From: a virus
Direction: 5' to 3' (one strand)
IMG/VR virus record: IMGVR_UViG_3300035659_000004
Location: 36,139 to 100,138 of that record
Length of the DNA: 64,000 nucleotides
Shown: positions 18,965 to 28,738 of the stretch, in pieces
How the letters are laid out: each line of letters begins with the position of its first letter
How positions within the stretch are numbered: position 1 is the stretch's first letter
Position numbers and translations under genes: made by a program
The notes under the pieces: model-generated
Databases searched by the model: none
Seen by the model: the letters and a program-made list of their open reading frames with translations, nothing else
What the model was told of the DNA's origin: nothing

Positions 18965-21046
18965 ATGATGAAGAAGATTGTCCATCTCGACTCGCACTTC
19001 CCGACCGGCGAGCAAACGGTTCAGCCGGTGATGCTGTGGTCGAGAGGAAAAAGCTTCATCGAGCCCATCACGAAGTATGCCAGCGTTGGAGCTGAGTATT
19101 TCAAGACCATCGAACCCATTCCAGGGCACAGCATTGTTTACGTTCTCGCCGTCAGTGCATGGGAGCGCTACGGCGAGAATCGTAATGGAGATGGTTTTCC
19201 GGACCAGCCGTATAAACCTCTCTCTAGTCCTCCATGGATTTCAGAAGATGAAATTCTAAGCAAGCACTACAAATCTTTTGAGCAGTTCGGTTTCAATTAC
19301 CGTCATCATCAGAACACGGACCCTGAAAAGTCTGTCGGACGTGTGATGCGTGCGTTTTGGAATCCGACCATGTATCGCGTTGAACTCCTGATTGATGTCG
19401 ATAATGCGAAGGCTCCGGATTTAGCAAACCGTATAGCCGCGGGAGAATACCCCCCTGTTTCCATGGGTACTAAGGTCCCCTGGGACGTGTGCCTAATCTG
19501 CGGAAATAGAGCTCCTACCCGCGCCCAATACTGCGACCACCTCCGTTTTCAGATGCGTGAAGTCGTCAACGGATTGAAAGTCGCAGCCTTGAATCCGAGT
19601 TGTAAGTTCTTCGACATCTCCTGGGTGGTACGTCCCGCAGACCCCAACGCTTACATGTTGAAGAAGGTCGCGGAAGAGGCCTATGAAATCAAGCTCTCGG
19701 GAGCAGCTGCAGGTGAATACTTGGACGAGATGCAAGAGCGTAAGATGGCCGCACACAAACTCGCGGTCATCGACAAGGTCGTACAGGGAATTCCAGTAGA
19801 TGCTAAAACCGAGGGTGTTGACCCCATGCATCTTCAGAATATCCAGACGATGCAACCCACCGCCCAGAGCATGAGCGCAGGTCTTCCCGAGCTCCCGGAT
19901 GATTTGCTCCGGCGCCTGGCTTCTTCTTTTTCGCTGCCGGAAATCTTCACCTCGACGTTGGCGATGGGCATGCCTCTTTGCACCCGCGAGGTCGTGAAGA
20001 TTACTATCTACCGGCAGATGCCCCAGGTTCCGAACATGGATGGGATAGCGGATGCGGCTGTTGCAGCTCGACAGCCCCTGCTCGGTCTTTTTCAAGAGCA
20101 CCCTCAAATGCTGGATGCTTTTGAAAAGGATTTGGACATCGACCAATGTCATCTCAATCCAAAAGTTGCGGAAATGATTGGCACTGGAATGGAAAAACGT
20201 TCGGGTATTTACGAGTATTTGAAACGGAAATACATCCCGGGAAAATACCGTGACGAAACTTCTCAATTGACGCCTTTCACGCTCACGGACCCTGTTTCAG
20301 GGCAGCGCTATGGGACCAATCGTTGGGCAGCTATCCAAGCTCACGACGAAATTGCGAAAAAGAATTTACGCAAAGTTATTGGTGGAGGCGCGGCGTTGGG
20401 TGGGGCTTACGGTCTCATTTCTGCAGGGCTTCGTAGCAAAGGTTTATCTAAACTGAATCCCCTCGTAGCGGGTACCTTAGGTGCTGTTGGTCTTTCTAAC
20501 TTGCCTTCCATGGGTGCTCACTACATGACCGATCAAGGTGTCCCTATCCCAGTACTCACAGAGCTCACGAAGATGAGCGTGGACTCTTCTAGTTTTTCAC
20601 GCTCCCTCGCATTGCCTCTTTTTGGTACACTTGGAACAATGGCTCTTCTTGGAATGGATCGTAGACACCGTTTAGCCCAGGGCTATATTCCGGGTGACCC
20701 TAGTGAAGGAGTCTTACGGCGAGGGGTTGATACGCTCGGCTCTGCTGCAGCTAATTACCCCCTGCTTTTTGCAGGACTAGGAACCATGGGTCTTCGTGCT
20801 GCAGGGAATACGCAAACAGCTAAATACCTCGGAGAAAATATTGTCGGACCTTTAGCGCAAAAGGGAAAGAGTTGGGCTAATAAAACGGATGAAGCTCTTC
20901 GAGGTTGGGCTAAGAAGACAGACCAGGGTGTAAAAGATTGGGCGAGTACGAAGACCTCGTCAGACACGGTAGGTCTTCCTGATTTGGATATGGACAAAAT
21001 TGCTGAAAGTCTCGGCAAAATTCTGTTAGCAAACACGGTCTTGTAG
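18965..21046 (+). CDS. Prohead (capsid maturation) protease with Zn-ribbon and long C-terminal extension
   Basis: NRNGDGF, HHQN..GRV, VSMG, CLICGN..CDH, DISWVVRPADPNA (HK97/assemblin-type pattern); upstream of the capsid gene. Confidence 0.75.
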   Translation: MMKKIVHLDSHFPTGEQTVQPVMLWSRGKSFIEPITKYASVGAEYFKTIEPIPGHSIVYVLAVSAWERYGENRNGDGFPDQPYKPLSSPPWISEDEILSKHYKSFEQFGFNYRHHQNTDPEKSVGRVMRAFWNPTMYRVELLIDVDNAKAPDLANRIAAGEYPPVSMGTKVPWDVCLICGNRAPTRAQYCDHLRFQMREVVNGLKVAALNPSCKFFDISWVVRPADPNAYMLKKVAEEAYEIKLSGAAAGEYLDEMQERKMAAHKLAVIDKVVQGIPVDAKTEGVDPMHLQNIQTMQPTAQSMSAGLPELPDDLLRRLASSFSLPEIFTSTLAMGMPLCTREVVKITIYRQMPQVPNMDGIADAAVAARQPLLGLFQEHPQMLDAFEKDLDIDQCHLNPKVAEMIGTGMEKRSGIYEYLKRKYIPGKYRDETSQLTPFTLTDPVSGQRYGTNRWAAIQAHDEIAKKNLRKVIGGGAALGGAYGLISAGLRSKGLSKLNPLVAGTLGAVGLSNLPSMGAHYMTDQGVPIPVLTELTKMSVDSSSFSRSLALPLFGTLGTMALLGMDRRHRLAQGYIPGDPSEGVLRRGVDTLGSAAANYPLLFAGLGTMGLRAAGNTQTAKYLGENIVGPLAQKGKSWANKTDEALRGWAKKTDQGVKDWASTKTSSDTVGLPDLDMDKIAESLGKILLANTVL

Positions 21047-21099
21047 GATGAAGACGAGCACCATATGATTGGTGCGTAAAAGGAAAGAGGTCAAGCACC

Positions 21100-21654
21100 A
21101 TGGAATTCGGTAAGATGCTCGCTAACTTTAACGCTCCCGCTGCTTCTCAAACCAAGACAGCCAGCGCGGATAACTCCAAACAGCAGCTTGCTAGCGCCGT
21201 GGAAGCCACAAAGGTTGCCTCGGCGACGCAATCGACGGACGCGGTGGAGGCTCTCATGAAGACTGCTGCCACTTTGGCGGAAAATGAAAAGACGGCAGAG
21301 CTGGTGCATGCGCATATGAGCGGCCGGGCTTTCGCGCAGGGTGCTTTGGAAGTGTTTGCGGCAGCGGATTCTGCAGCTCAAAAAGTAGCGTCTGCGTATC
21401 CGCAACCGCAACTGCAATTACAGGATGACACAATGGTAAAAGCCGCGGCTGAGCAAGGCTACCAGGATACGATGGTTAAAGCTGCCGCCGAGCAGGGTTA
21501 TCGCGACACGATGACCAAGGCTGCCGCGGAGTACAACCAGGGCTACGAAGCGGCCGTCACTGACGCCGTCAACGCCGCCGCCAACGAGTTCTACAAGGGT
21601 GCACAAGAGGCCATGATTCTCATTCAGGCCGCTCGCAACCAGAAGAACGGTTGA
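21100..21654 (+). CDS. Putative scaffolding protein
   Basis: Ala-rich helical; many K-x-A; DTMVKAAAEQGY repeated about three times. Confidence 0.55.
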   Translation: MEFGKMLANFNAPAASQTKTASADNSKQQLASAVEATKVASATQSTDAVEALMKTAATLAENEKTAELVHAHMSGRAFAQGALEVFAAADSAAQKVASAYPQPQLQLQDDTMVKAAAEQGYQDTMVKAAAEQGYRDTMTKAAAEYNQGYEAAVTDAVNAAANEFYKGAQEAMILIQAARNQKNG

Positions 21655-21661
21655 GTGAACC

Positions 21662-21877
21662 ATGGCTAGACCTCTTCCGAGTGTGGATGCTGTTGTTGCC
21701 CGCGTAAAAGCGTTGGCACAAGAAGAGGCCACTAAGTTGGCTTCTTCCTCGGCGCCGATGCTCACCGACAATGTAGCCCAAGGCCTGCAGAAGTTGGCGA
21801 GTGACCTTCGGGCAGAGGCTTCGGTGCGCGTGTCTGTTCAGGACGTTCTGGACTTCGCACAGGCGGTGAACCGATGA
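21662..21877 (+). CDS. Small helical head-assembly protein
   Basis: 71 aa; KLA twice. Confidence 0.55.
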   Translation: MARPLPSVDAVVARVKALAQEEATKLASSSAPMLTDNVAQGLQKLASDLRAEASVRVSVQDVLDFAQAVNR

Positions 21878-22032
21878 CATCTCCCGTGGCAAACCAACTT
21901 CGTACTGTAGCTCAAGAGCTCCGCAAAGAAGCCTCCGTGCGCGAAGAGACGAAGCTGCTGAAGGTGGCCCAAGTCCTTTCCGCAGCGCGGGCGCTGGACG
22001 AGCTCCGAGCCCTGCTGAACGGAAGGCAATAA
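21874..22032 (+). CDS. Small 52 aa protein (not in ORF track)
   Basis: ATGA overlap; MTSPVANQLRTVAQELRKEASVREETKLLKVAQVLSAARALDELRALLNGRQ. Confidence 0.6.
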   Translation: MTSPVANQLRTVAQELRKEASVREETKLLKVAQVLSAARALDELRALLNGRQ

Positions 22033-22035
22033 CCA

Positions 22036-22368
22036 ATGCTAGACCTGATTAAGGTAGCGGAAGTCCTCGAGGCCGCAGCCAACTATATCGAGGCGACTGA
22101 GACTAAGCAGGCCGAAGCGGCGAATGCTATTCGGGATGCGGAAGTCTCCAAACTGGCCAGCCGTATTCGAGATGCTGTGGGAGAAAACGTTTCTCCTGAG
22201 GTTCTCAAGCTGGCCGCGGTCAACCCCGAAGTCACCGAGCTCCTTTCCCGCCTCGCGGGTGGAGACCGGGTTGATTCCCTGGGTGGCCCTGAAACGACGA
22301 AAACAGCTTCTTCTTCCTCTTCGCTGCCCGAAGCAGAAGCTGCTTTTGTAAACTTCCTTCTGAGCTGA
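22036..22368 (+). CDS. Putative scaffold/core protein
   Basis: 110 aa; KVA, KQA, KLA, KTA. Confidence 0.55.
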   Translation: MLDLIKVAEVLEAAANYIEATETKQAEAANAIRDAEVSKLASRIRDAVGENVSPEVLKLAAVNPEVTELLSRLAGGDRVDSLGGPETTKTASSSSSLPEAEAAFVNFLLS

Positions 22369-22394
22369 AGGACTTGAAAGGGATGAGGTAACAC

Positions 22395-22913
22395 ATGTCG
22401 ATTCTCACGAGCGGTTTCGACGTCATCACCCACGACCCGCCCGAGAACGCAAAGGCGGCCCTCGCACTGGTGTTGAGCGTCTACAATCCACCGGCCGTTA
22501 GTTCCAGCGGAACTCCGACTGCCGGTACCATCCCCGCGGGTTCCATCGTTGTGATGAACTCCACGGGATACGCCATTCCAGCCGACAACGATGCGGCGAC
22601 CACCAACGCTCCGGTGTTGATGTTCATCACTATCGATGGCGACATGGACTACGATGGCTCCTTCGTGCACAAGTTGACGTGCATCCAGGGAGGCATCGAG
22701 ATTCTGACCCCACAGTATTTCGTCACGACATACGCTCCGGGCGCCATGCTGTCCTGCGGTCATGCTGGCTCTTCTCCTGTCTCTACCGGCAAGTTCCGCG
22801 CTGTCGGTTCGGGCGAGCAGATTTACGGTGTAGTTGGTCCTCGCGGTGTCAATGCCACCACGGGTCTCCTAGACGTCATTATTCCGCAGGGCATTAGCCC
22901 GGCGTCGGCATAA
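22395..22913 (+). CDS. Putative capsid decoration/stabilising protein
   Basis: 172 aa, beta-rich, immediately before the major capsid gene; GAGGT SD. Confidence 0.55.
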   Translation: MSILTSGFDVITHDPPENAKAALALVLSVYNPPAVSSSGTPTAGTIPAGSIVVMNSTGYAIPADNDAATTNAPVLMFITIDGDMDYDGSFVHKLTCIQGGIEILTPQYFVTTYAPGAMLSCGHAGSSPVSTGKFRAVGSGEQIYGVVGPRGVNATTGLLDVIIPQGISPASA

Positions 22914-22925
22914 GGGAGGCACCAG

Positions 22926-23846
22926 ATGGCATACAACGTTGAAACCTCTACTCATTCCGCGCAGTTCCTGAACAAGTCCTTCATCTCCAAGATTGAAGGT
23001 GGCCAGACCAAGGAAGCGGTCGAGGCCAGCTCGCTGTTCATCCGCGAGCGTCTTCGTCAGGCTGCTGCTGTTCGTGAAGTGATCATCCCCCAAGGTGTGA
23101 CCGAAGAGGACATCGACCGGGACGAGAGCACCGATCAGCCGAAGATCATCATCGACAAGGAGCCGGATTCGTCGGCTACCTTCGTGCAATTCCAGGGAAC
23201 TGGTCGACGCACGTGGTTCAAGGGTCCTCGTTACTCGGTTCGCTTCGGCAAGGTCGAGTCGCAGAGATTCACCAAATCGAAGGCTGAGCTCATGACCTAC
23301 CGTTCTGACATTCGCAAGATTTTGTCAGACAATTCGGTCATGGACATGGCGGACGAAGAGGATCGTAAATTCTACGAGCTCGTCGCTGCCATCATTGCTG
23401 CGAACCCGTCGGTACAGCGTACCTCGGGTCCGTTCCAGAGCGGCACCTTCAAGACTGCCTGCCAGGCGATGCTGACCGGAACTCGCAAACGTCCCATCGG
23501 CAAGCTACTCTTGAGCAAAGAGCGCTACATGGACGCACTCGACCTGCCGGCGACCTCTGTCGGTGACGAGATCGCGAAGCGCCATTTCGATGAGGGTATC
23601 GAAGCTTCTCAGAAGCTTTGGGGACTCCCGGTCGTGACCCACGTCAAGTCGGATATCTATCCGACCGACAAGGGTTGGATCTTCTCCCCAACCTCGCCGA
23701 ACAATTTCCTCGGCAACTTTTTCACTCTGCAAGATGCAACTCTGTTCATCAAGCAGGAAGCTGACATCATCTCCTTCTGGACGTACGAATACATCGGAAT
23801 CGGTTTGGCCAATTCTTTGTCCATGCAGGAAATCGTTTTTAGTTGA
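22926..23846 (+). CDS. Major capsid protein (HK97 fold, inferred)
   Basis: 306 aa; GGGAGG SD; C-ending codon bias; follows protease, scaffold and decoration genes. Confidence 0.7.
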   Translation: MAYNVETSTHSAQFLNKSFISKIEGGQTKEAVEASSLFIRERLRQAAAVREVIIPQGVTEEDIDRDESTDQPKIIIDKEPDSSATFVQFQGTGRRTWFKGPRYSVRFGKVESQRFTKSKAELMTYRSDIRKILSDNSVMDMADEEDRKFYELVAAIIAANPSVQRTSGPFQSGTFKTACQAMLTGTRKRPIGKLLLSKERYMDALDLPATSVGDEIAKRHFDEGIEASQKLWGLPVVTHVKSDIYPTDKGWIFSPTSPNNFLGNFFTLQDATLFIKQEADIISFWTYEYIGIGLANSLSMQEIVFS

Positions 23847-23867
23847 TGAGAAAGTAGGCTACTCGCC

Positions 23868-24401
23868 ATGAAACTCTGCAAGGTTAAAAACGTCACTGAT
23901 AGTCGATTGATCATCCTTGCCGTTCGCGACAGAGATGGTCAGCCAATTTCTTTTGAACCAGGTGAATGCAAACAGATGATGTCTGCCACGGTCGACCATC
24001 CCGCCGTGTCCGTGCATATCGGTCGGGGACTGCAGCTCGTGGAAGGGCAAGAACTCGTTGAGGAAGTGCCGAAGACAAAGGTGCTGGAAGTTGCTATTTC
24101 ACCAGCCCCGCCGCCTGCACCAAAGGTAGAAGCACCGGCCGTCGAGCCGGTCGTGGAAACCTTGGTGATTCAGGAAGCACCGGCTACACCTGTGGACTCA
24201 TATGCTAATGCACCTGGCATAACGGAAGAAAACATTTCGACGATTCAGGAAGCGTATCCAACCCTCGCAGATTTGGCAAATGCCAATAAAGACGCTCTCA
24301 TGAAATTAGGTTTCAGTAAATATGGCGCGCGAAAACTAACCGCGTGGGCAGCCGCGAAGTTTGAAAACGCTGTAGCTATTGAAGTCGAAGACGACGAGTA
24401 G
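23868..24401 (+). CDS. Protein with C-terminal helix-hairpin-helix-like domain
   Basis: APGITEE..TLADLANANKDALMKLGFSKYGARKL after a Pro/Glu linker. Confidence 0.5.
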   Translation: MKLCKVKNVTDSRLIILAVRDRDGQPISFEPGECKQMMSATVDHPAVSVHIGRGLQLVEGQELVEEVPKTKVLEVAISPAPPPAPKVEAPAVEPVVETLVIQEAPATPVDSYANAPGITEENISTIQEAYPTLADLANANKDALMKLGFSKYGARKLTAWAAAKFENAVAIEVEDDE

Positions 24402-24477
24402 CTTTTCTTCTATCTCTATCCCCTTCCCTCAATTCTCTCTTCTCCCTTAGAACCCAGTTCTATCCTACAATTCAAGC

Positions 24478-24846
24478 ATGACTGTCGTCGTCAATCATAA
24501 CTATCCGCAGGCGCACGCCTTGCAGGTCCTTCAAGCAGACGGAACGCCTATTGAAGGCGCCCATATCATTATATATAACGCAAATACGTACCATGGTCCG
24601 TCTATGTCAGGATGGGTGACGCAGCAAAACGTTCTTTTTGAAAAGCCTTTTGATAGCACAATGATTCTTTGTGGAGATCCCGAGGCTTTCACAGTCGTCA
24701 TCCAAACCGGTTGGGTCGGGGATGTTTATACCGATGAAAATGGGGAATGGACCTCCGATATTCTTTTACCGGAGGCCCAGACTTGGCTTCTTTATATCGA
24801 TTTTTCGCCTAACTATACGCCCCGTATCGTTGAGGTGACAACGTGA
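24478..24846 (+). CDS. Putative beta-sandwich structural protein, probably leaderless
   Basis: DGTPIEGA..YTDENGEW; TACAAT 6 nt before ATG. Confidence 0.5.
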   Translation: MTVVVNHNYPQAHALQVLQADGTPIEGAHIIIYNANTYHGPSMSGWVTQQNVLFEKPFDSTMILCGDPEAFTVVIQTGWVGDVYTDENGEWTSDILLPEAQTWLLYIDFSPNYTPRIVEVTT

Positions 24847-25577
24847 CAGAAGACAAAACAACTAGGAAAACAATTCCGCCAGTTCCTCCATCAAAGGACG
24901 CGAGGAAATTTGCACGATCTAGTTTGTCATGGGGTGAGATGAATGACGGCGGAAAATTCGCCACTCCGCAGGAATTAAAGATGGCACGGCTACCTGCGGT
25001 GCAACGCGCACAATCGGGGGAAAGAACTGGGGAAGAAGTATCGAGTGTCTTTATGCCAGTGGAAGACCTTTACTGGATTAAAGATTCACTTCACAACTTG
25101 CGTAAAGACAAAGCGGATAGAACTTTCCTAATGGCGTCTATCCAAACGTATGAAGAAAAATTGGAGATAATAAATATACGATTAGACGAAATCAGTCACT
25201 GCAAAAAAGAAACTGATTTTTTGGAATTAAAAGAAGCTGTGAATAGTTGGCGTACTTTTTTTCGTAATATCGTAGCTGTCGGGTCTATCGGAGTTTTAGT
25301 CGTTATAGGTGGATGGTTGTGGCAGTATTATACTATCGTTAGCCAGGTAACTAAAACGAGCGAAATTATAATACAAGTTTCGCAGAGTACGGAGACTCTT
25401 AGAAGTAATTATGAAAAGTATAGGCAGGAACATTTTGCGGAGAGTGTTAAGGCTTTAGCTGAAAATGATGCTAAATTTGTGCGATTAGAGTACAAATTAC
25501 TTTCAGCTATATCGCAGTTGTCACAAGGTGTTACACTAATAGAACCTGAAAAACCAAAGGCTCCATTAAAGAAATAG
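24843..25577 (+). CDS. Single-TM coiled-coil membrane protein
   Basis: IVAVGSIGVLVVIGGWLW flanked by heptad segments. Confidence 0.5.
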   Translation: MTEDKTTRKTIPPVPPSKDARKFARSSLSWGEMNDGGKFATPQELKMARLPAVQRAQSGERTGEEVSSVFMPVEDLYWIKDSLHNLRKDKADRTFLMASIQTYEEKLEIINIRLDEISHCKKETDFLELKEAVNSWRTFFRNIVAVGSIGVLVVIGGWLWQYYTIVSQVTKTSEIIIQVSQSTETLRSNYEKYRQEHFAESVKALAENDAKFVRLEYKLLSAISQLSQGVTLIEPEKPKAPLKK

Positions 25578-25586
25578 GAGAAAATA

Positions 25587-26060
25587 ATGAGCAACTATAC
25601 TTACCCAATCATCCCCGGTAAAACCGTGATAGGGATACGTCAAACTATTGTGGGAAGTGCCTTTACGGGAGTAGCTCCTACTTTTCCACTCGTCCCGGGT
25701 CCGGGTTCAGGTACGGCATCTGCGGCTAAGTTCGTAGGGGGCATGTACACCTACGGAGACCCGGAAGACCTTTCGGTTGTGACGCTGGATGCGGGCGGCT
25801 TGTTCGATTTGTCGAACAATTATTGCCTGTCGTTGAGGTGTATTCGTGCTTTTTGCGGAACTGGAAAAATTTATAACCTTTATATTCAAGACCGGGATGG
25901 ATCGAATATTACCACTGTTTTAACTTCAGCTGATGCGGATAAAACGAATAGGGAATTTGCAGGAACGAGTCTCATCGTTCTTCCCAGCCAAACAGTGAAA
26001 ATTACAACCAACGCCGCAGGGACCGTTGATTTGTATTTTTGTCGCTACGAGTATCCCTGA
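25587..26060 (+). CDS. Structural protein, paralog 1
   Basis: GGAG SD; MSNYTY...CRYEYP. Confidence 0.6.
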   Translation: MSNYTYPIIPGKTVIGIRQTIVGSAFTGVAPTFPLVPGPGSGTASAAKFVGGMYTYGDPEDLSVVTLDAGGLFDLSNNYCLSLRCIRAFCGTGKIYNLYIQDRDGSNITTVLTSADADKTNREFAGTSLIVLPSQTVKITTNAAGTVDLYFCRYEYP

Positions 26061-26077
26061 GAGGAATAGGTGAAAGC

Positions 26078-26533
26078 GTGAGCAACTATACTTATCAAGT
26101 CGTCGTAGGTAAAACAGTTGTAGCCGTGCGTCAAACTACGAGTGTTGCTATGATAGGGGCCGCTCCTACTATCGCTGTTGTAGGAGCAGCCTACCCTGCT
26201 AAGTATGCCAATGGTTTGTACACCTATTGTGATCCGGCAAACCACTCTACCGTGACTTTGAATGCGGGAGGCTTATTCGATTTTTCGGATAATGCCTGTC
26301 TGTCGTTACGTTGCGTTCGTGCATTTTGTGGCGGAGGCCAGACTTACAGTGTCTTCGTCCAAGACCGCGGCGGAGCAAATGTTGCAACTATTCTGGCAGG
26401 TGAAGGTGCAAACGCCACGAGCCATGAATTTGATGGAACGGGCATCATCGTTCTTCCCGGACAGAACGTGAAGATAACGACCACTGCAGCGGGAATCATC
26501 GATGCGTATTTTACACGCTACGAGTTTCCCTGA
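26078..26533 (+). CDS. Structural protein, paralog 2
   Basis: GTG start (M)SNYTY...TRYEFP; collinear with the previous gene (AGGLFD, CLSLRC.RAFCG, QDR.G). Confidence 0.6.
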   Translation: MSNYTYQVVVGKTVVAVRQTTSVAMIGAAPTIAVVGAAYPAKYANGLYTYCDPANHSTVTLNAGGLFDFSDNACLSLRCVRAFCGGGQTYSVFVQDRGGANVATILAGEGANATSHEFDGTGIIVLPGQNVKITTTAAGIIDAYFTRYEFP

Positions 26534-26549
26534 GCAAAAGAGGTGAGCG

Positions 26550-27017
26550 ATGCCAGTTGTTCTTCCTTCGACCGGTGACCCATTAACCACGGATGACGTT
26601 CGTTGGTTCTTGCGTGATACCCCTGAGCACAACATCATCCTCCCGGATAATGTTGAGTTCAGCACGGAAGATATTAACCGCGCGATCCGTTTCACCGTGG
26701 CCAAGTACAACGTGCTGCCTCCTCTGACCACGTACACGTACGACATGATCAATGAGTACGTTCTCCTGTGTGGGGTCTGTGCCATCCTTCTTCGGTCCGA
26801 GGGTCTTCGACAGAATCGAAATGAAGTGCGAGCACAGGACGGAAATATCGCTCCCGTAAATCTGGATGAAAAGCAGGCTCAGTACGCGGCCTGGGCGGAC
26901 CGTCTACAGCAGGAGTTCGATCTCCATTGTCGCCTCTCGAAGACAGAGGCCAACATGGAAGCGTGCTATGATGGCCAGGCTTCCGGGTACCGCTACCTCG
27001 GGCGCTGGACAACCTGA
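26550..27017 (+). CDS. Putative head-tail adaptor/neck protein
   Basis: VRWFLRD..FSTEDI pattern; position between head and tail genes. Confidence 0.55.
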   Translation: MPVVLPSTGDPLTTDDVRWFLRDTPEHNIILPDNVEFSTEDINRAIRFTVAKYNVLPPLTTYTYDMINEYVLLCGVCAILLRSEGLRQNRNEVRAQDGNIAPVNLDEKQAQYAAWADRLQQEFDLHCRLSKTEANMEACYDGQASGYRYLGRWTT

Positions 27018-27020
27018 CCC

Positions 27021-27899
27021 ATGCCACTCTACCCTTCTTCTGTCATCCATTCCGTCAGTAATCCGCCTCTTCGAACCGATGCGTACATCGAAATTACGCG
27101 GATGTTTCCGATATTTCCTAGACGAGTTTTCGTCCAGTGGGTTCTTCGAAATCCGGTTATAGGAGAGGCATACCAGTTCACGGTGGAGAGATCCGGTAGT
27201 GCCGCGGGTCCTTGGGAGATGCTGACCACCAACCCGACGAATGAGTTCTATTATGCGGACACGAATTTTCCAGCGAACCCCCTCGAGGGCGAGCCTGACC
27301 TCATGTCCATATCCCGCGTCGTCTATTACCGGGTGACGGCTATACCCCATGGGGCCAATGACACCCTCACGATTATAAAAAAAGTAGAGCCTTGGCTCGA
27401 CCGCCGACGTGAGGGCATCCATCGGAAGCTCGTGCGAGACGCGATGATATCCCTGCAGCGTGTTGTCGGGACGGAGATGGCCGCGCTGAAGAAGAAGCGG
27501 TGGGGTCACCGCTGTTCTCTCTGCCTGAGCAAGTCGGGGATGTCGGTCGACCCCTATTGTCCCGAATGCTATGGCACGGGCATTACAGACGGATTCTGGG
27601 CTCCTGTTTACGGGTGGGCTCAACTTTTCACGGCGCCTATTTCCGTCCAGTCCGCTCTTCAGGGCGAGACGGAGATGCGTCAGACCCGGGTGCTGATGGC
27701 GAACGTCCCGCAGATGAATGAAGAAGACTTTCTCGTTTTTCTACGGAGCAACCGACGTTTTCGGGTCTTGGAAGTGACCCCCACGCAGATACACAACGTT
27801 GATGTTCATCAGGAGCTTATTGTTTCTGAGCTGAGTCCGGATAGCACAGAGTACAATATAGGCGTGGACCCGTGGCGCGAATCATGCTGGTGGGTGTAA
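27021..27899 (+). CDS. Putative neck/head-closure protein with Zn finger
   Basis: CSLC..CPECYGTG; position. Confidence 0.5.
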   Translation: MPLYPSSVIHSVSNPPLRTDAYIEITRMFPIFPRRVFVQWVLRNPVIGEAYQFTVERSGSAAGPWEMLTTNPTNEFYYADTNFPANPLEGEPDLMSISRVVYYRVTAIPHGANDTLTIIKKVEPWLDRRREGIHRKLVRDAMISLQRVVGTEMAALKKKRWGHRCSLCLSKSGMSVDPYCPECYGTGITDGFWAPVYGWAQLFTAPISVQSALQGETEMRQTRVLMANVPQMNEEDFLVFLRSNRRFRVLEVTPTQIHNVDVHQELIVSELSPDSTEYNIGVDPWRESCWWV

Positions 27900-27902
27900 C
27901 CG

Positions 27903-28700
27903 ATGGCCATCTTTCAAGTAGCGCAGACCTATAACGGAAAGGCTCTTCCCCTAGAAATAGGAGAGCACAAAAATATAACGGTGGGCTCACCGTTAGCCGT
28001 TATCGGTCTTTTCGTTTTGGCGCTACAGCATCGGTTCAGCCCCTCGTCTATTGGGACGGATAATTTGGTTGGTGATTCTCCTGACCTTCGTGTACCTGTC
28101 GAATGGGAAGATCCCACGGTCCCAGAGCCTCTTCCTTGGATTTGGTCGGGAGATTTGAAGCCCGCGGATGAATGCAATCCTTCGAATGCAGGGGCTTCTC
28201 GTCCGATCTATATTGGTCCGTCGTTCGACCGGAATAAAAACATCCGTAATTACCAGCCCGCCATCTATGTCGACCGTGGGAATGTCACCGTACAAAAAGT
28301 GTCGAATAACAATTTTGTAGGTCAGCACTGCGCCAGCGGTCTGGAAGCTTTCGGCGCCATCGCTCGAATCCCTATCCAAATTGATTGCACGGCGTTGAGC
28401 TACGGAGATTCGAACATCATCGCGGACACGGTGTGGTTCTACATTTTGGCGAGTCGTAATATTCTCAGCCGCTCGTTTGGATTTCATCAAATCGTAGAAC
28501 CTGTACTCGGGGCAACCGTTCCAGAAGAGACGGATAAGCAGATTTTTCACACGCAAATCTATTGCGATGTGGAGGTATTTATCCGTTGGAGTTCACGCCC
28601 GATTGCTCCGCTTATTAACGACATCGTATTGCGCGTTGGCAAGGCTGGAAGTGTAGATGACGTACTCGTAGACATCGTGCTTCGGGAAAGTCGAAGCTGA
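27903..28700 (+). CDS. Putative tail terminator/completion protein
   Basis: PAIYVDRG; immediately before the sheath gene. Confidence 0.45.
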   Translation: MAIFQVAQTYNGKALPLEIGEHKNITVGSPLAVIGLFVLALQHRFSPSSIGTDNLVGDSPDLRVPVEWEDPTVPEPLPWIWSGDLKPADECNPSNAGASRPIYIGPSFDRNKNIRNYQPAIYVDRGNVTVQKVSNNNFVGQHCASGLEAFGAIARIPIQIDCTALSYGDSNIIADTVWFYILASRNILSRSFGFHQIVEPVLGATVPEETDKQIFHTQIYCDVEVFIRWSSRPIAPLINDIVLRVGKAGSVDDVLVDIVLRESRS

Positions 28701-28738
28701 CCATATAATTCCGTAGCAACCAGAGGAGTGAAAATACG

